DNA from: a virus
Lineage: Duplodnaviria > Caudoviricetes
DNA: 51,681 bases
Virus record (IMG/VR): IMGVR_UViG_3300013767_000215
Coordinates: 1-51,681 of that record
Reading direction: 5' to 3' (one strand)
Within the stretch, counting starts at the first letter, position 1. Every line of letters starts with the position of its first letter. The notes below the pieces were generated by a model that was not told the DNA's origin, searched no databases, and saw only the letters and a list, made by a program, of their open reading frames with translations. Below, in pieces: positions 26,642 to 36,262 of the stretch. A program made the position numbers and the translations under genes.

Positions 26642-28762
26642 TCAGGCCAGGCGGCTGGCCAGCGAGCGCCGCGGCTGCTGGGCGCCGGCCGGCGCCTCCC
26701 CGGGTTTCCCATGGGAAACGGGCGGAGGCGCCGGCGGCGGTGCAGCGGTGGGCGCATGGTTATCGGGTGAGGCCGCCGCCTGGGCGTCGACCCTGTTGTT
26801 GCTGTCCCAGGGTTGGGCCCAGGGGAACGGTTTGTCCCAGTTGATGCGGGCCAGGCCCTGCAGGTGCGCCGCGACGTGCGTCAGCACCATCAGGTCCAGC
26901 ACTTCGTTGCGCGCGTGGGCGGCCTTCTTTTCCCAGCGGCCGTCCGCCAGGCGGTGCTCGGCGGCGAGCTGTTCGAAGAACGGGTGTGGCGCTTCCTTGG
27001 CGCGCAGGGCGCGGGGGAAGTGCACGTAGAGTGGGCCCGGCTCGGCCACCTTGAGCTGCGCCGCCAGCGCGTCCTTGAACAGGTTCGGGTTGAAGCTGGC
27101 CAGCGGCACCTGGCCGCGGGCGACTTTGCCGGCCTTGCGTTGGGTGTCCGGGTAGACCACCACCAAGCGTTGCGCGGTGAGCGGCTTGGCGCCCTTCGAT
27201 GGCAGCAGCGACCAGGCCTCGCGTCCGCTGATTTGGCCGTAGAGCCGCAGCTTGCGCTGGCGCTGCCAGCGGATGAAGGCGGCGTAGGCCTGGTCGGTGA
27301 CTCCAGGGATGCCCTGCGAATCGTAGATGGCGCCGTGCGGCCGCATGCGGCGGCCGCTGCCGTCGGCCAGCGGCCAGCTGGCGAGCAGGACCTTCTCGAG
27401 CAGCTGGTCCCAGTCTTCGGGCGAGGTGTCGACCGAGGCCGGCAGCTTGCCGTGCTCGATGACCCAGCTCTCGCTCTTGATGCCCCAGCCGCGCACCAGC
27501 CATTCAAAGTGCGCGGCCTGGATGTCCACTGCGACGGTGATGAAGCGGACGCCGTCCGGCACCATGCCGCGCGTGAGCGAGCCCTCGGCGCGCTCGGCCA
27601 GGGTGTTGGCGTCGACCGTGCCCTCGGTCTTGAGCGTGAGGCGCGGATAGCCCCACTGCTTCGCCATCACCTGGTGGAAGGTCTTGCTCTCCTCCTCGCC
27701 GCCATTCTCCGCGGCGCGCTCGGCCTTGACGCGCGCGCGAGCCAGGGCGCCGATGCCGCCGTCGACGAACAGGCTCATGGCGCCGACGATCCAGAAGCCG
27801 GCGATGCGGCGCGGCAGCAGCTCGCCGGTGACGATGCCGTCCTCGGAGATCTCCTGGCCGAGGCCAACGTAGCGGCCGTAGCGCAGCATCTCGCGCCGGT
27901 AGCTGTCCTCGATCATGCAGCCGGCGCTGGGGCAGACCAGGCGCGTCTCCGCCTGGATCTCCTCGAGCGTGCCGTTCGGCGGGTACCAGAGCGCCATGTG
28001 CCGCGCGGCGATCGGGATGGGGCTCGACCAGGCGCCGCATTGCGGGCAGGGCCAGTACCACATGCGCCGATCGCTGTCCTTGTACCAGGCCAGGATGCCG
28101 GCGTCCCACTTGTCGATGTCCAGGCCGTAGGCCCGGTCCGGGTGGCTGAGGCCGAGGATCTTGCCGTAGCGCCCGAAGTTGGTGACGCGCACGTCGAACT
28201 GCGCTTTCACGTCGCCGAGGGAGGCGAGGTAGGCGTCGATCTCGTCTGCGACGATGCGCTGCGCGGTCTTGCTGATCAGGTTCGCCTGCGTGGCCGAGAG
28301 GAACTCGGCGCGCATGCCGGCGAATTTCTTGAACTTGATGCTGCGCTCTTCCGGGCGCCGGCCGAGTCGGTCGCGCAGCTCCGGGTGCACCTCGATCATC
28401 GGGTTGATCTGCGCCTTGACGTAGGCGTCGCGCAGATCGTCCGTCGGCATGTACCAGAGCAGGTCGCCCGGATCCGTCGCCACCGACTTCAGCAGCCAGT
28501 TCTCGGCGATGCTGGTCTTGCCGCTGCGGCCGGGCCCGACCACCGCCACCGCCTGGTGCTCGAGGGAGGTGAGGCACTCCATCGGCTCGACCAGGTACGG
28601 CGCCAGCTCGTGCTGCCAGAGGCCGGAGTACGCGCCGGCCGGGTTCACCAGCTTGCGCTTGCGCGCGGCGTACTGCGCGACGGTCTCACGAGCCCGCGGC
28701 CGGAGGATCTCCAGCTGCTCGCGCACCACCAGGCGCGCGGATAGGTAGGGCGCCTCGGACAT
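26642..28762 (-). CDS. Terminase large subunit (lambda gpA family)
   Basis: APYL.EPM, GPGRSGKT, ADEIDAY, WPCPQCG, AVDIQ, RNE.LDL motifs. Confidence 0.93.
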   Translation of the reverse strand: MSEAPYLSARLVVREQLEILRPRARETVAQYAARKRKLVNPAGAYSGLWQHELAPYLVEPMECLTSLEHQAVAVVGPGRSGKTSIAENWLLKSVATDPGDLLWYMPTDDLRDAYVKAQINPMIEVHPELRDRLGRRPEERSIKFKKFAGMRAEFLSATQANLISKTAQRIVADEIDAYLASLGDVKAQFDVRVTNFGRYGKILGLSHPDRAYGLDIDKWDAGILAWYKDSDRRMWYWPCPQCGAWSSPIPIAARHMALWYPPNGTLEEIQAETRLVCPSAGCMIEDSYRREMLRYGRYVGLGQEISEDGIVTGELLPRRIAGFWIVGAMSLFVDGGIGALARARVKAERAAENGGEEESKTFHQVMAKQWGYPRLTLKTEGTVDANTLAERAEGSLTRGMVPDGVRFITVAVDIQAAHFEWLVRGWGIKSESWVIEHGKLPASVDTSPEDWDQLLEKVLLASWPLADGSGRRMRPHGAIYDSQGIPGVTDQAYAAFIRWQRQRKLRLYGQISGREAWSLLPSKGAKPLTAQRLVVVYPDTQRKAGKVARGQVPLASFNPNLFKDALAAQLKVAEPGPLYVHFPRALRAKEAPHPFFEQLAAEHRLADGRWEKKAAHARNEVLDLMVLTHVAAHLQGLARINWDKPFPWAQPWDSNNRVDAQAAASPDNHAPTAAPPPAPPPVSHGKPGEAPAGAQQPRRSLASRLA
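26704..26719. repeat. Palindrome GTTTCCCATGGGAAAC, copy 4
   Basis: Exact 16-bp palindrome in the Pro-rich C-terminal tail of terL. Confidence 0.9.
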
Positions 28763-28765
28763 GGT

Positions 28766-29323
28766 TCAGGCCAGCAGCGGCGTCAGGTCGTCGACCAGCT
28801 TCTTGCGCACTTCGCCAACCAGCTCGCGCACGCGCTCGGTCTTGTCCTCGTCCAGGCCCAGGACCTTCACCACCTGGTCGGGCAGCGTGTCGAGGTTGCG
28901 GCTGAACACGGCGAAGGCGCCGGCGACGGTCTGCCGGACGTCCTCGCGATCGAGCAGCTCGCCGCGGTCGCGGCGTAGCTTGTCCATCATCAGTTCGGCG
29001 GATACTTCGTCGCGCCGCTGCTTCGCGGTCGCTTCGCCCTGGTGTTGCGCCGGCGCCTTTGGCGGATCTGGCTGCTTCGCCACCGCCAGCTCTTCGGCCT
29101 TCGTCTTCGGCGGCCGGCCGGTCTTTAGCTTGCCGCCGCCGGCGGCGAGGTAGCGCGTCACCATCGCCAGGTTGAAGGTCCAGCCGTCGGCGCTGTCGCC
29201 GCGCGTGCGCACTGGGAAATTCGAGTCGCGCTCCAAAACTCGATCCAGGCGCGGCCGGCTCCAGCCCAACTCGGCGCACAGGTCGGCCTTGTTGAGCTTG
29301 GAAGTGTCAGCCATATCAGCCAC
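28766..29323 (-). CDS. Terminase small subunit (Nu1-like)
   Basis: N-terminal wHTH LNKADLCAELGWSRPRLDR..FPV...G.W.F; GEL...V helix; upstream of terL. Confidence 0.8.
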   Translation of the reverse strand: MADMADTSKLNKADLCAELGWSRPRLDRVLERDSNFPVRTRGDSADGWTFNLAMVTRYLAAGGGKLKTGRPPKTKAEELAVAKQPDPPKAPAQHQGEATAKQRRDEVSAELMMDKLRRDRGELLDREDVRQTVAGAFAVFSRNLDTLPDQVVKVLGLDEDKTERVRELVGEVRKKLVDDLTPLLA

Positions 29324-29379
29324 TTAGTGCGCTACGTCTACGTGTATCGCGTAACGCTTACGTTTTACTCAAAAACTGC

Positions 29380-29432
29380 CTCCCATCGCGCGCGCGCAGT
29401 GCCCGCGTCTTGGGGTGGTCCAGGAAGGACCC
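29380..29432 (-). other. Putative cos region (cosQ-like GGGTCCT at 29426..29432)
   Basis: Lambda cosQ heptamer on the minus strand just upstream of terS, followed by a GC-rich segment. Confidence 0.5.
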
Positions 29433-29464
29433 GCCCGAAACGCCGGGGGCGTAACGCGATGGCG

Positions 29465-30172
29465 TCAGCGGCGGGCGGTGGCCAGCGCTCGGGCGAGGGC
29501 GCGCTCGAGTTCGGGTTTGAACTCGCGGCGGATGATGCGCTCGGCGTTGGCGAACCATCCGAGGTGCTGGCGCACGGGGATGGCGTCGCCGAAGCGGACA
29601 AGCAGAACCAGCTGGCCAGTGGCCTCGGGGAGATTCCCTTTCTTGGCGTAGCGGCCGGCGCGGCGCTGGCCGCGCACGATCTTCGGGCGCTGCCAGATGC
29701 CGTTGACCCAGCCGGCCTTGGTCTTGACCTGGCCGATGAAGACGTCGCCGCGCGCCTTGAGGCGCCGCAGCGTGCCGGACGGGATGTTGCCGTAGGCGTT
29801 GAGCTGGATGTGCTTGGGGTTGAGCCACGTCACGCCCTTGCCGATCAGCTTGTGCATGCCGCTGAACTCGAAGGGCTCGAGGTAGGCGGCGGTGATGTCC
29901 TTGACGAAGATGACGACGGTCGGATCGGCCTTCGTCGCAGCTTTGACGCCGATCGCGTTGAGCGTGAAGGGCGTCGGATCCTTCAGCTTGCGCTTCAGCA
30001 GCTCGCGCTGGCCGGGCACGACATGCTTGCGGGCCAGCGCGTTGAGCGCCTGAGCTTTAGCGAACGGCAGCTGGCGGCGCGCGAAGTCCTCGAGCGAGCG
30101 CTGCAGCTGCCGGACGTCGGCGCGGACGGAGATGCTGATCACGTCCACGCCTCCGGAATAAAGCGCCGGCAA
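29465..30172 (-). CDS. Conserved phage late protein (gpZ/tail-completion-like)
   Basis: RQLPFA.AQALN, DPTPFTLNA motifs typical of the basic protein upstream of terS; exact start uncertain. Confidence 0.6.
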   Translation of the reverse strand: MPALYSGGVDVISISVRADVRQLQRSLEDFARRQLPFAKAQALNALARKHVVPGQRELLKRKLKDPTPFTLNAIGVKAATKADPTVVIFVKDITAAYLEPFEFSGMHKLIGKGVTWLNPKHIQLNAYGNIPSGTLRRLKARGDVFIGQVKTKAGWVNGIWQRPKIVRGQRRAGRYAKKGNLPEATGQLVLLVRFGDAIPVRQHLGWFANAERIIRREFKPELERALARALATARR

Positions 30173-30252
30173 GCGGCGCCCCCGGTCGCATGTGCGAGCC
30201 GACGGGGTGAAAACGAAGCGCCGCGTCTGGGGCGCGGCGAAGGCTCAGGGTT

Positions 30253-30381
30253 TCAGTGCACCAGATCGTCGAGCCAGACGCGGTGGTGGAAGCAGCGGTT
30301 TCCCATGGGAAACAGTCGGCGCAGGACGCGGACCACGAGGCCGAGCCCGATCAGGCCGGCGATGATGGCAACGTGGAGCAT
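30253..30381 (-). CDS. Small hydrophobic peptide (42 aa)
   Basis: AGGAGG RBS then MLHVAIIAGLIGLGLVVRVLRR. Confidence 0.5.
   Translation of the reverse strand: MLHVAIIAGLIGLGLVVRVLRRLFPMGNRCFHHRVWLDDLVH
30298..30313. repeat. Palindrome GTTTCCCATGGGAAAC, copy 5
   Basis: Exact 16-bp palindrome. Confidence 0.9.
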
Positions 30382-30397
30382 GCGGCCTCCTGAAACG

Positions 30398-30483
30398 CGG
30401 AAGCCCCGCGCTTGGCGGGGCTTCCGGTCGGGCACCAGACTCGACACTGGGGAAATCTTGGGGGATTTAACAACACATTGCAA
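30398..30483 (-). promoter_or_regulatory. Putative late promoter plus hairpin (pR'/tR'-like)
   Basis: TTGCAA-17-CAAGAT (30483..30455) followed by a 12-bp stem at 30398..30426, directly after the late regulator gene. Confidence 0.5.
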
Positions 30484-30504
30484 GTCCCCCTTGCCGAATG
30501 GGCG

Positions 30505-31038
30505 TCAGCGGCCTTCGCGGCGCGCCTGTTCGCGCTCCGCTTCCTTCTGGGCACGGCGCACATGCTCCAGCACGGCGAGCTGGATGCCGAGGCGGCGGCG
30601 AGCCGCTTGCTGCACGATGCAGATGCGCTGCTGGCTTACGCCGACATGCTGGGCGATCAGACCCTGGGAGTAGCCAAGCGCATTGCCGAGCAGAGTACAG
30701 CGGTAAGAGTTCGGCATGTCGATGATCAGGGCATGGATGGTCTTCGGCCAGGCGCTGAGGTTGCGCTCGTCGGCAAGAATGGCCTGCAAGGTCGGGTTGC
30801 TGACGCCGGCCGATGGCGTGCGCTTGAAGCAGCCCTCGACCGTCTCCTCGAAGGCGGTGCCAAGGTCGAGTCGGGCGCGGCTCTCGCGCGGCGCGAGATA
30901 GAGCGCGAGCCATGCGGCCCACTGCGCCAGGGCCTCGTCGACCAGGCGGTCCTGCGGCGTGGCCTTCGGCCGCGGATTCTTGCGCGGCCGCTCGACGCGC
31001 TGGAACAGCGGTGACCGTGCAGCTTCGCTCATGCCCAT
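30505..31038 (-). CDS. Late regulator (Q-like / sigma region-4-type HTH)
   Basis: L.QWAAW N-terminus; GYSQGLIAQHVGVSQQRI HTH; position before late genes. Confidence 0.6.
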   Translation of the reverse strand: MGMSEAARSPLFQRVERPRKNPRPKATPQDRLVDEALAQWAAWLALYLAPRESRARLDLGTAFEETVEGCFKRTPSAGVSNPTLQAILADERNLSAWPKTIHALIIDMPNSYRCTLLGNALGYSQGLIAQHVGVSQQRICIVQQAARRRLGIQLAVLEHVRRAQKEAEREQARREGR

Positions 31039-31069
31039 CGTTTCATCCTCCCGTCGAGTGCCGTTGTGT

Positions 31070-31245
31070 CCTCTACAACCACCACCACCACAACCACCGG
31101 GATTTATCGCGCGTGTGCGCGCGCACGCGCGCGCGTACGTGTGGGTCCAGGTGGTTGTTATTTCTCAAAATTGGATCGCAAACCCCCGTCGTTGTTGAAT
31201 AACCACTGTGGTGGTGGCCAGTGGTTGCGGGTGGTTGTGGCGCGG
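31070..31245. other. Putative replication origin region
   Basis: CAACCAC/ACCACC repeats in both orientations around a GC-alternating tract and an AT-richer patch, right after the VapE helicase gene. Confidence 0.45.
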
Positions 31246-31246
31246 A

Positions 31247-32977
31247 TCAGGCATCGGCCTTCCCCGGCGGCCGCTTGTAGTAGCGGTCGCCATTCGCGCG
31301 CTGTTTACGCTCCCAGCCGAGGCGGCTCATGATGGCGCCCATGCGCGTTTGAGCCATGCGGTCGTGCTTGCCGTAGTCGAGTCGCACCGCCATGTACAAC
31401 AGCTCCGTCATGGTCACCTCTGTAACCTTGTCGGGCACGATGCTGTCGGTGTAGTGACCCTGTGGGGCAAGCCCATCCAGCCAGCGCCGGGCGAGCTCCG
31501 CCCAGCTGTCCTCGGTGTAGCGCGCCTCTTGCTCGGCTTCAGCCTCGGGCGGCAGCTTCCAGTAGGCGATGCCCTGCTTGAACCAGGCATCCGCCTGGGC
31601 CCATAGCTGCGCGCGGATCTCCCGCACGCCGAGCAGGTTGATCTCCTCGCCGACCACCACCGGCATGAAGCGCCGGGCTCCGGTGGGGTCGCGCAGGTAG
31701 TCCTTTTCGTTGGTGGTGCCGGCGAACACGCAACAGCGCGGGAAGTTCTTGGCGAACTCGCCGTAGCTGGGGCGGTAGTAGTCCCAGCGCGAGGTGATGG
31801 CCTGCTTGATCTTTTTGACCTCGGCCTTGCTGAAGCTCTCCAGCTCCTCGATCTCGATGATCCACTTGCCTTGCAGCGCCTGGTAGAAGTCCTTCACCGC
31901 CGGCGACTCCATCGCTGACGCGTACCAGTCCTCGCCGGCGAGCTCGATTAGCAGGCTGGTTTTCTTGGCGCCCTGCGGGCCCTCGAGGATCAGCGCCAGG
32001 TCGAACTTGATGCCGGGCTTGCGCGCGCGCGCCACTGCGCCGAGGAAGAAGTTCTGCGCCACCGTGGCGGTGTAGTCGTTCTGCGGCGAGCCGCAGAACT
32101 TCGAGAAGAATGTGCCGATGCGGTCCTCGCCATCCCACTCCAGCGAGTCCAGCCACTCCACCAGTGGGTTGAACTTGCGCCTCGAGGCAACGCACAGCGC
32201 GGCCTCGCCGACCTTGCGCGTGTCGACGTTCATGCCCATGGTGTCGATGCGGCCCATCCAGGCCGCGATCTCGATCTGGTCCGCCTCGTCGATCTCGCGC
32301 ACACCGGCGCCGGTGGGCAGGTCGCGGCAGATGATGCGGTGGGAGCGGATATCGAGACGCAGCCGGTCGCGCCAGGCCGGGTGCTTGTCCAGCACCAGCA
32401 CCAGGTTCGACAAGGTGGCCATCGGCTTCAGGTCTTTGTTGCGCGCCAGGTCGGCCTCCCAGGCGACGTCCTGGGTGCGCGCGGCGCGAATGCCGAGCTG
32501 GCGCACCTGGTGCTCGACTTTCGACAGGACCACCGAGACGTCCTGACCGCCGGGCTTGTAGCCGAGGTCGACAATGTCGCTGCCGGTGGCGATCACCTCG
32601 CGCAGCAGCGAGCGCTCGCGCACGATGCCGGCATAGACGACGACGTTGGCGGCGCTAGGCGTATCCGCCGCCAGGGTGCCGAGGTAAGCGATGCCCTCGG
32701 CCGCCTCGAGTTTCTGCTGGGCACGCAGATGCTCCGACAGCGTGACGAAGTCGCAGGGCTTGCCGCGCGTCAGCAGCTCGGCGATCGCCCCGAATATCAC
32801 GCGATGGCTGTAGGTGAAGAAGTCCTCGGCCGTGACCAGCTTGGCCACCTCGGGCCAGGCCGCGTTGTTGAGCAGCAGGCCGCCGATGACAGATTGCTCC
32901 GCCTCGATCGAGTACGGCGGATGCTTCAGCTCAGGCGCTGGCTTTGCCGCGGCCTTTGGAGTCTTGGCCTTGGTCAT
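31247..32977 (-). CDS. Replication protein: DnaB N-terminal domain fused to VapE-type helicase
   Basis: PPYSIEAEQSVIGGLLL...EDFF..HR.IF..I...TPSAANV..YA.IVRE (DnaB_N); GAVAR..PG.KFD..ILEGPQG.KKTS, FAGTTN...L.DPTGARRF (VapE). Confidence 0.88.
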   Translation of the reverse strand: MTKAKTPKAAAKPAPELKHPPYSIEAEQSVIGGLLLNNAAWPEVAKLVTAEDFFTYSHRVIFGAIAELLTRGKPCDFVTLSEHLRAQQKLEAAEGIAYLGTLAADTPSAANVVVYAGIVRERSLLREVIATGSDIVDLGYKPGGQDVSVVLSKVEHQVRQLGIRAARTQDVAWEADLARNKDLKPMATLSNLVLVLDKHPAWRDRLRLDIRSHRIICRDLPTGAGVREIDEADQIEIAAWMGRIDTMGMNVDTRKVGEAALCVASRRKFNPLVEWLDSLEWDGEDRIGTFFSKFCGSPQNDYTATVAQNFFLGAVARARKPGIKFDLALILEGPQGAKKTSLLIELAGEDWYASAMESPAVKDFYQALQGKWIIEIEELESFSKAEVKKIKQAITSRWDYYRPSYGEFAKNFPRCCVFAGTTNEKDYLRDPTGARRFMPVVVGEEINLLGVREIRAQLWAQADAWFKQGIAYWKLPPEAEAEQEARYTEDSWAELARRWLDGLAPQGHYTDSIVPDKVTEVTMTELLYMAVRLDYGKHDRMAQTRMGAIMSRLGWERKQRANGDRYYKRPPGKADA

Positions 32978-33201
32978 TCGTCGCCTTCATCACGCAGCCA
33001 GCCATACACGGTGAAGCGGGAGACGACGAAGAACTGCGCGATGCGCGTGCCGGAGACACCGCGGGCGCGCAGGGTGCGCGCGGCGGCGGCGAGATCGGGC
33101 GGGTAGACCGGATCGCGCACGGGGCGGCGGCCGAAGCGGCCGGGGCCTGACCGTTTATCCGTGTGTCGGGTCCACGTGGAACATTGCGGGAGCTGCGACA
33201 T
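32974..33201 (-). CDS. Small HTH protein
   Basis: GVSGTRIAQFFVVSRFTVYGWL HTH-like pattern. Confidence 0.55.
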   Translation of the reverse strand: MSQLPQCSTWTRHTDKRSGPGRFGRRPVRDPVYPPDLAAAARTLRARGVSGTRIAQFFVVSRFTVYGWLRDEGDE

Positions 33202-33426
33202 TCAGGCGGCCGCCTTGGTGCGGATGGTGGCGGTGGCCACCGGCGGGTTGTGGCCTTCGCGCACAAAGGGGTACTGAACGCTGTGGATGCGTAGGCCAAG
33301 CTGGTCGGCGCCCAAGATGCTGGCGCCGACGATCTGAGCATCCTTGGGCAGCACCAGTTCGGCTTCGCCGCGCAGCACGCGGGCGAGCATGTTGAAGTGG
33401 AGGACGTGGATCTTGGCTTGCGTCAT
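33202..33426 (-). CDS. Hypothetical protein
   Basis: GGAG RBS; tightly packed operon. Confidence 0.55.
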   Translation of the reverse strand: MTQAKIHVLHFNMLARVLRGEAELVLPKDAQIVGASILGADQLGLRIHSVQYPFVREGHNPPVATATIRTKAAA

Positions 33427-33438
33427 GGCAGGCGCTCC

Positions 33439-33687
33439 CTAGTTCGCGCGCCGGCGGCCCATTTCCGCCATCGCCTGCCTGAAACTCACCTTGCGCCCCG
33501 GGATCCCCTGCAGCTCTTCCTCCATCTCGACATTCGTGAGGATCAGTGTGTCGCTCTTCGGCGCCTTGAACATCGGGTAGTAATCATCGACCACATGCTG
33601 CAAGCCGAAATGCCGCTTGAGAGCCTGGGCGTTACGCGTTTTCCCGCAGGCCATCGGGCCATGAACAACCACGTTTTGTTTCGTCAT
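33439..33687 (-). CDS. Small P-loop-containing protein
   Basis: VVVHGPMACGKT Walker A motif. Confidence 0.65.
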   Translation of the reverse strand: MTKQNVVVHGPMACGKTRNAQALKRHFGLQHVVDDYYPMFKAPKSDTLILTNVEMEEELQGIPGRKVSFRQAMAEMGRRRAN

Positions 33688-34520
33688 GCGACCTCCGAGA
33701 ACAGGGGACGGCCGGGGCGCGGGCCGGAAGCGATGGCGCGCGCGGCGGCGGGGTTGAGCCAGAGCGCCTCGATGCGGCGATCGCCGTCGACGTGGCGGGA
33801 CAGGACCATGCAGTCCCAGTCGAGCAGGTGGCCGGCGCCATGCACGCCGAGTTCGCCGGACAGGGCGGCCATGCCGGTAATGCCGTCGAGCAGATCGGCC
33901 AGCCGCTGATGGCCGGCGGCATCCAGACCGTGGCGCGCGGCGTGGCCGCGACTGCCTTCCGGCTCGATCGGCGGCGGGTCGAGGTAGAACAGGGTGCCGG
34001 GCGCATCGTGGCGACGGATGATGTCGAAGGCGTCGTCCTGCTCGAGCAGCACGCCGCGCAGGCGGCCACTGAAGGCCGGCACCTGGTCGGGATAGCCGGA
34101 CCAGTCGACCGGCGCGTTGCCGGCGAAGCGGTTGCGGAAACCGGCGCGGCAGCTGCGGGTGGCAGAGTCGCTGCCGTGGCCGAGGAAGCTGCGCACGATC
34201 ATGCGGTGGGCCGCGTCGATCGGGTCGGCCGGCTCACCGTAGGACCACTCCAGCTCAGCGCGGGCGAAGGCGGTGAGCGCCAGGCGGCGGCGCAGCTCGG
34301 CCGCGCTGTCGGCGTCGCGCAGGATGCGCAGGACATTGACCACCTGGCCGTCGAGATCGTTGAGGCATTCCTCGCGCGCGCGGTCCTTGAGCAGCAGCAC
34401 CGAGGCAGCGCCGGCGAAAGGTTCGATGTAGCGCTGGTGCGGCGGCAGGAACTGCAGGATCCAGGGCGCCAGGCGGAACTTGCCGCCGTGGTAGCGGAGA
34501 ATGGGACGGGTGATCGTCAT
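33684..34520 (-). CDS. DNA adenine methyltransferase (Dam/D12 class), possibly inactive
   Basis: LRYHGGKFRLAPWI, YIEPFAGAASV, NDLD; catalytic motif reads FYLDPPP. Confidence 0.85.
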   Translation of the reverse strand: MTITRPILRYHGGKFRLAPWILQFLPPHQRYIEPFAGAASVLLLKDRAREECLNDLDGQVVNVLRILRDADSAAELRRRLALTAFARAELEWSYGEPADPIDAAHRMIVRSFLGHGSDSATRSCRAGFRNRFAGNAPVDWSGYPDQVPAFSGRLRGVLLEQDDAFDIIRRHDAPGTLFYLDPPPIEPEGSRGHAARHGLDAAGHQRLADLLDGITGMAALSGELGVHGAGHLLDWDCMVLSRHVDGDRRIEALWLNPAAARAIASGPRPGRPLFSEVA

Positions 34521-34759
34521 GCGCCGCCCCCTTGGAGTGATGCGGACATGAACTTGCCGATGCAGGCCAGCAGCTCGTCCGAAGGGAAGGAGCGGATGAC
34601 TAGGGCGTTGCCCTGGCGGACATGCTCGAGGCGGGCGAGCTTGCCAGGTAGGTCGGGGAGGCCGCGGCAGCGGCCGCTGCGGACGGCTTCGTCGAGCAGG
34701 GCGAGGTAGGCCTGCAGCGGTGCGGTGTCGCAGGTGATGGTTTCGGCGAGGCCGCTCAA
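34517..34759 (-). CDS. Hypothetical protein
   Basis: TTG start overlapping upstream stop; coupled to the methylase gene. Confidence 0.4.
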   Translation of the reverse strand: MSGLAETITCDTAPLQAYLALLDEAVRSGRCRGLPDLPGKLARLEHVRQGNALVIRSFPSDELLACIGKFMSASLQGGGA

Positions 34760-35001
34760 TGGAGCATCCCCAGGATCTCGTTGCGAGGGCGATGGCGGGG
34801 CAGGAGGCGCATCTCGCGCGAATCGATGAAGGCCTGCGCGGCTTCGAGCCGGATCCGCGTGCCGACCACCAAAGCCTTCCAGTCGGCGGCCGGTGGCCAG
34901 GCCACGCCGAGCAGGTCGAATTGCTCGCGGGTCCAACCGCCACGCCAACTGCGGCCGGCCATGAGCAGGCCTTCGTTCACCTCGATGGTGTCGCCGGACA
35001 C
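34756..35001 (-). CDS. Hypothetical phage protein
   Basis: GGWTREQ..LLGV.WPP...WK motif. Confidence 0.55.
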   Translation of the reverse strand: MSGDTIEVNEGLLMAGRSWRGGWTREQFDLLGVAWPPAADWKALVVGTRIRLEAAQAFIDSREMRLLPRHRPRNEILGMLH

Positions 35002-35333
35002 GGCTGGCCAGCCTTTTGTCGGGCCAGCTGCAGCGCGGCCTCGAGGCGATGGGCGGCGGCGGCGCCGCGCTTGATCACGACGCGGCCGAGGAAGCGCTCG
35101 GTCTCGAACGAGGTCCAATGCAGCATGGAGTGAACTTCGGCGGCCTCACGAGCCCTGGCGCAGTCGGCCAGGTAGGCGTCGAAGGCCGCCTCGGACAGGA
35201 AGCAGATGGCGGCCAGCTCGCCGCGCACCAGGCAACCGCGGCGGCCGCAGCCTTGGCACTGTTCAGCCGCGGCGGACGATGGCGCGGGCCGGGGCAGGGC
35301 GAAGAGGTCGGCGGTGCGGGCGCCTTCAGCCAT
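34977..35333 (-). CDS. Hypothetical protein with CxxC
   Basis: CQGC motif; overlaps neighbours in operon. Confidence 0.45.
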   Translation of the reverse strand: MAEGARTADLFALPRPAPSSAAAEQCQGCGRRGCLVRGELAAICFLSEAAFDAYLADCARAREAAEVHSMLHWTSFETERFLGRVVIKRGAAAAHRLEAALQLARQKAGQPCPATPSR

Positions 35334-35940
35334 TGGCAGCCGCCCCAATGACGCCACGCACGCGCTCCAGTTCGCCGAGCTGGGCGCGCATGCCAGCCAT
35401 CAGCTTGTCGACGGTCTGGGCGGTCTGGACGGCCTCCTTGGCCAGGTCCATGGGACGCGGCGGCTCGTAGGCCGCGTCGCGCATCAGGAAGTCGGCCAGA
35501 GTATGAATGCCATGACGGCGGCCGATCCGCAGCAGCAGCTGCAGGTCGCGTGGCTGGAACTGCTCGCGGCGAGTCGTATCGACGCATTTCGAGAACCAGC
35601 GGCGGGCGTCCTCCGGATCCTCGAGCTGCGGGCGCAGCTCGCAGGCCACCTTCTTGATGCGGCTTTCCGGCAAATTCGGTTGCTGCTGATTTCGTGCATG
35701 ACATGGTGAATTCGGCAAAAGTGGTTGATCTGATGTCACAGCGCTCGCCGCGACTTCTCTCGGATAGTGGCGCGACGAGCAGCCAGCTCATCCTTCGCGC
35801 TCTCCTGTGCATCGCCTTCCATCCGGTCATAGGCATTGAGCACAAGGTTCTTGTAGACCAGGCGCTGAGCGCCTTCATGGCGCTTGCCGGAGTTCAAAAC
35901 AGGCTTGTCTGCGAACGATTTTTTCATTGGGGAAACCCTC

Positions 35941-35969
35941 TTGACACACACGCATTGCGTGTGTAGTAT
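35941..35969 (+). promoter_or_regulatory. Sigma70 promoter with overlapping palindromic operator
   Basis: TTGACA-17-TAGTAT; ACACACGCA-T-TGCGTGTGT at 35946..35964. Confidence 0.75.
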
Positions 35970-36028
35970 ATGGGTCGTAGGTTGTGACCTACACCGCGCC
36001 TCGGGCTTACAGGGGCTGGAGAAACAAA

Positions 36029-36262
36029 ATGGCTAAACCGATTGCTACTTGGGCCGGCGGCATCCACTCCCTGACCCAGTTCGCTGCCCGCGCCGATGGC
36101 GCCCTGTTTCAGCGCCATCAGAACCGCACCCCCTATGGCTATCGTTGGGGTGCCTGGCGCCAGGTGGGCAACGTTGATACCACCGCCCTGCCGACCTCCA
36201 TCTCTGCCGGCTTTTCCAACTGCTACCGCAGCCTCGTTTCGGCCCGACTCCCCAATGCCTAA
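36029..36262 (+). CDS. IS passenger hypothetical protein (77 aa)
   Basis: GGAG RBS, ATG 36029, downstream of the promoter. Confidence 0.65.
   Translation: MAKPIATWAGGIHSLTQFAARADGALFQRHQNRTPYGYRWGAWRQVGNVDTTALPTSISAGFSNCYRSLVSARLPNA

Noticed and set aside
16632-28744. Long plus-strand ORFs (e.g. 16632..18860, 19169..21631, 26813..28744)
   Set aside because: Antisense shadows of high-GC structural genes with no motifs
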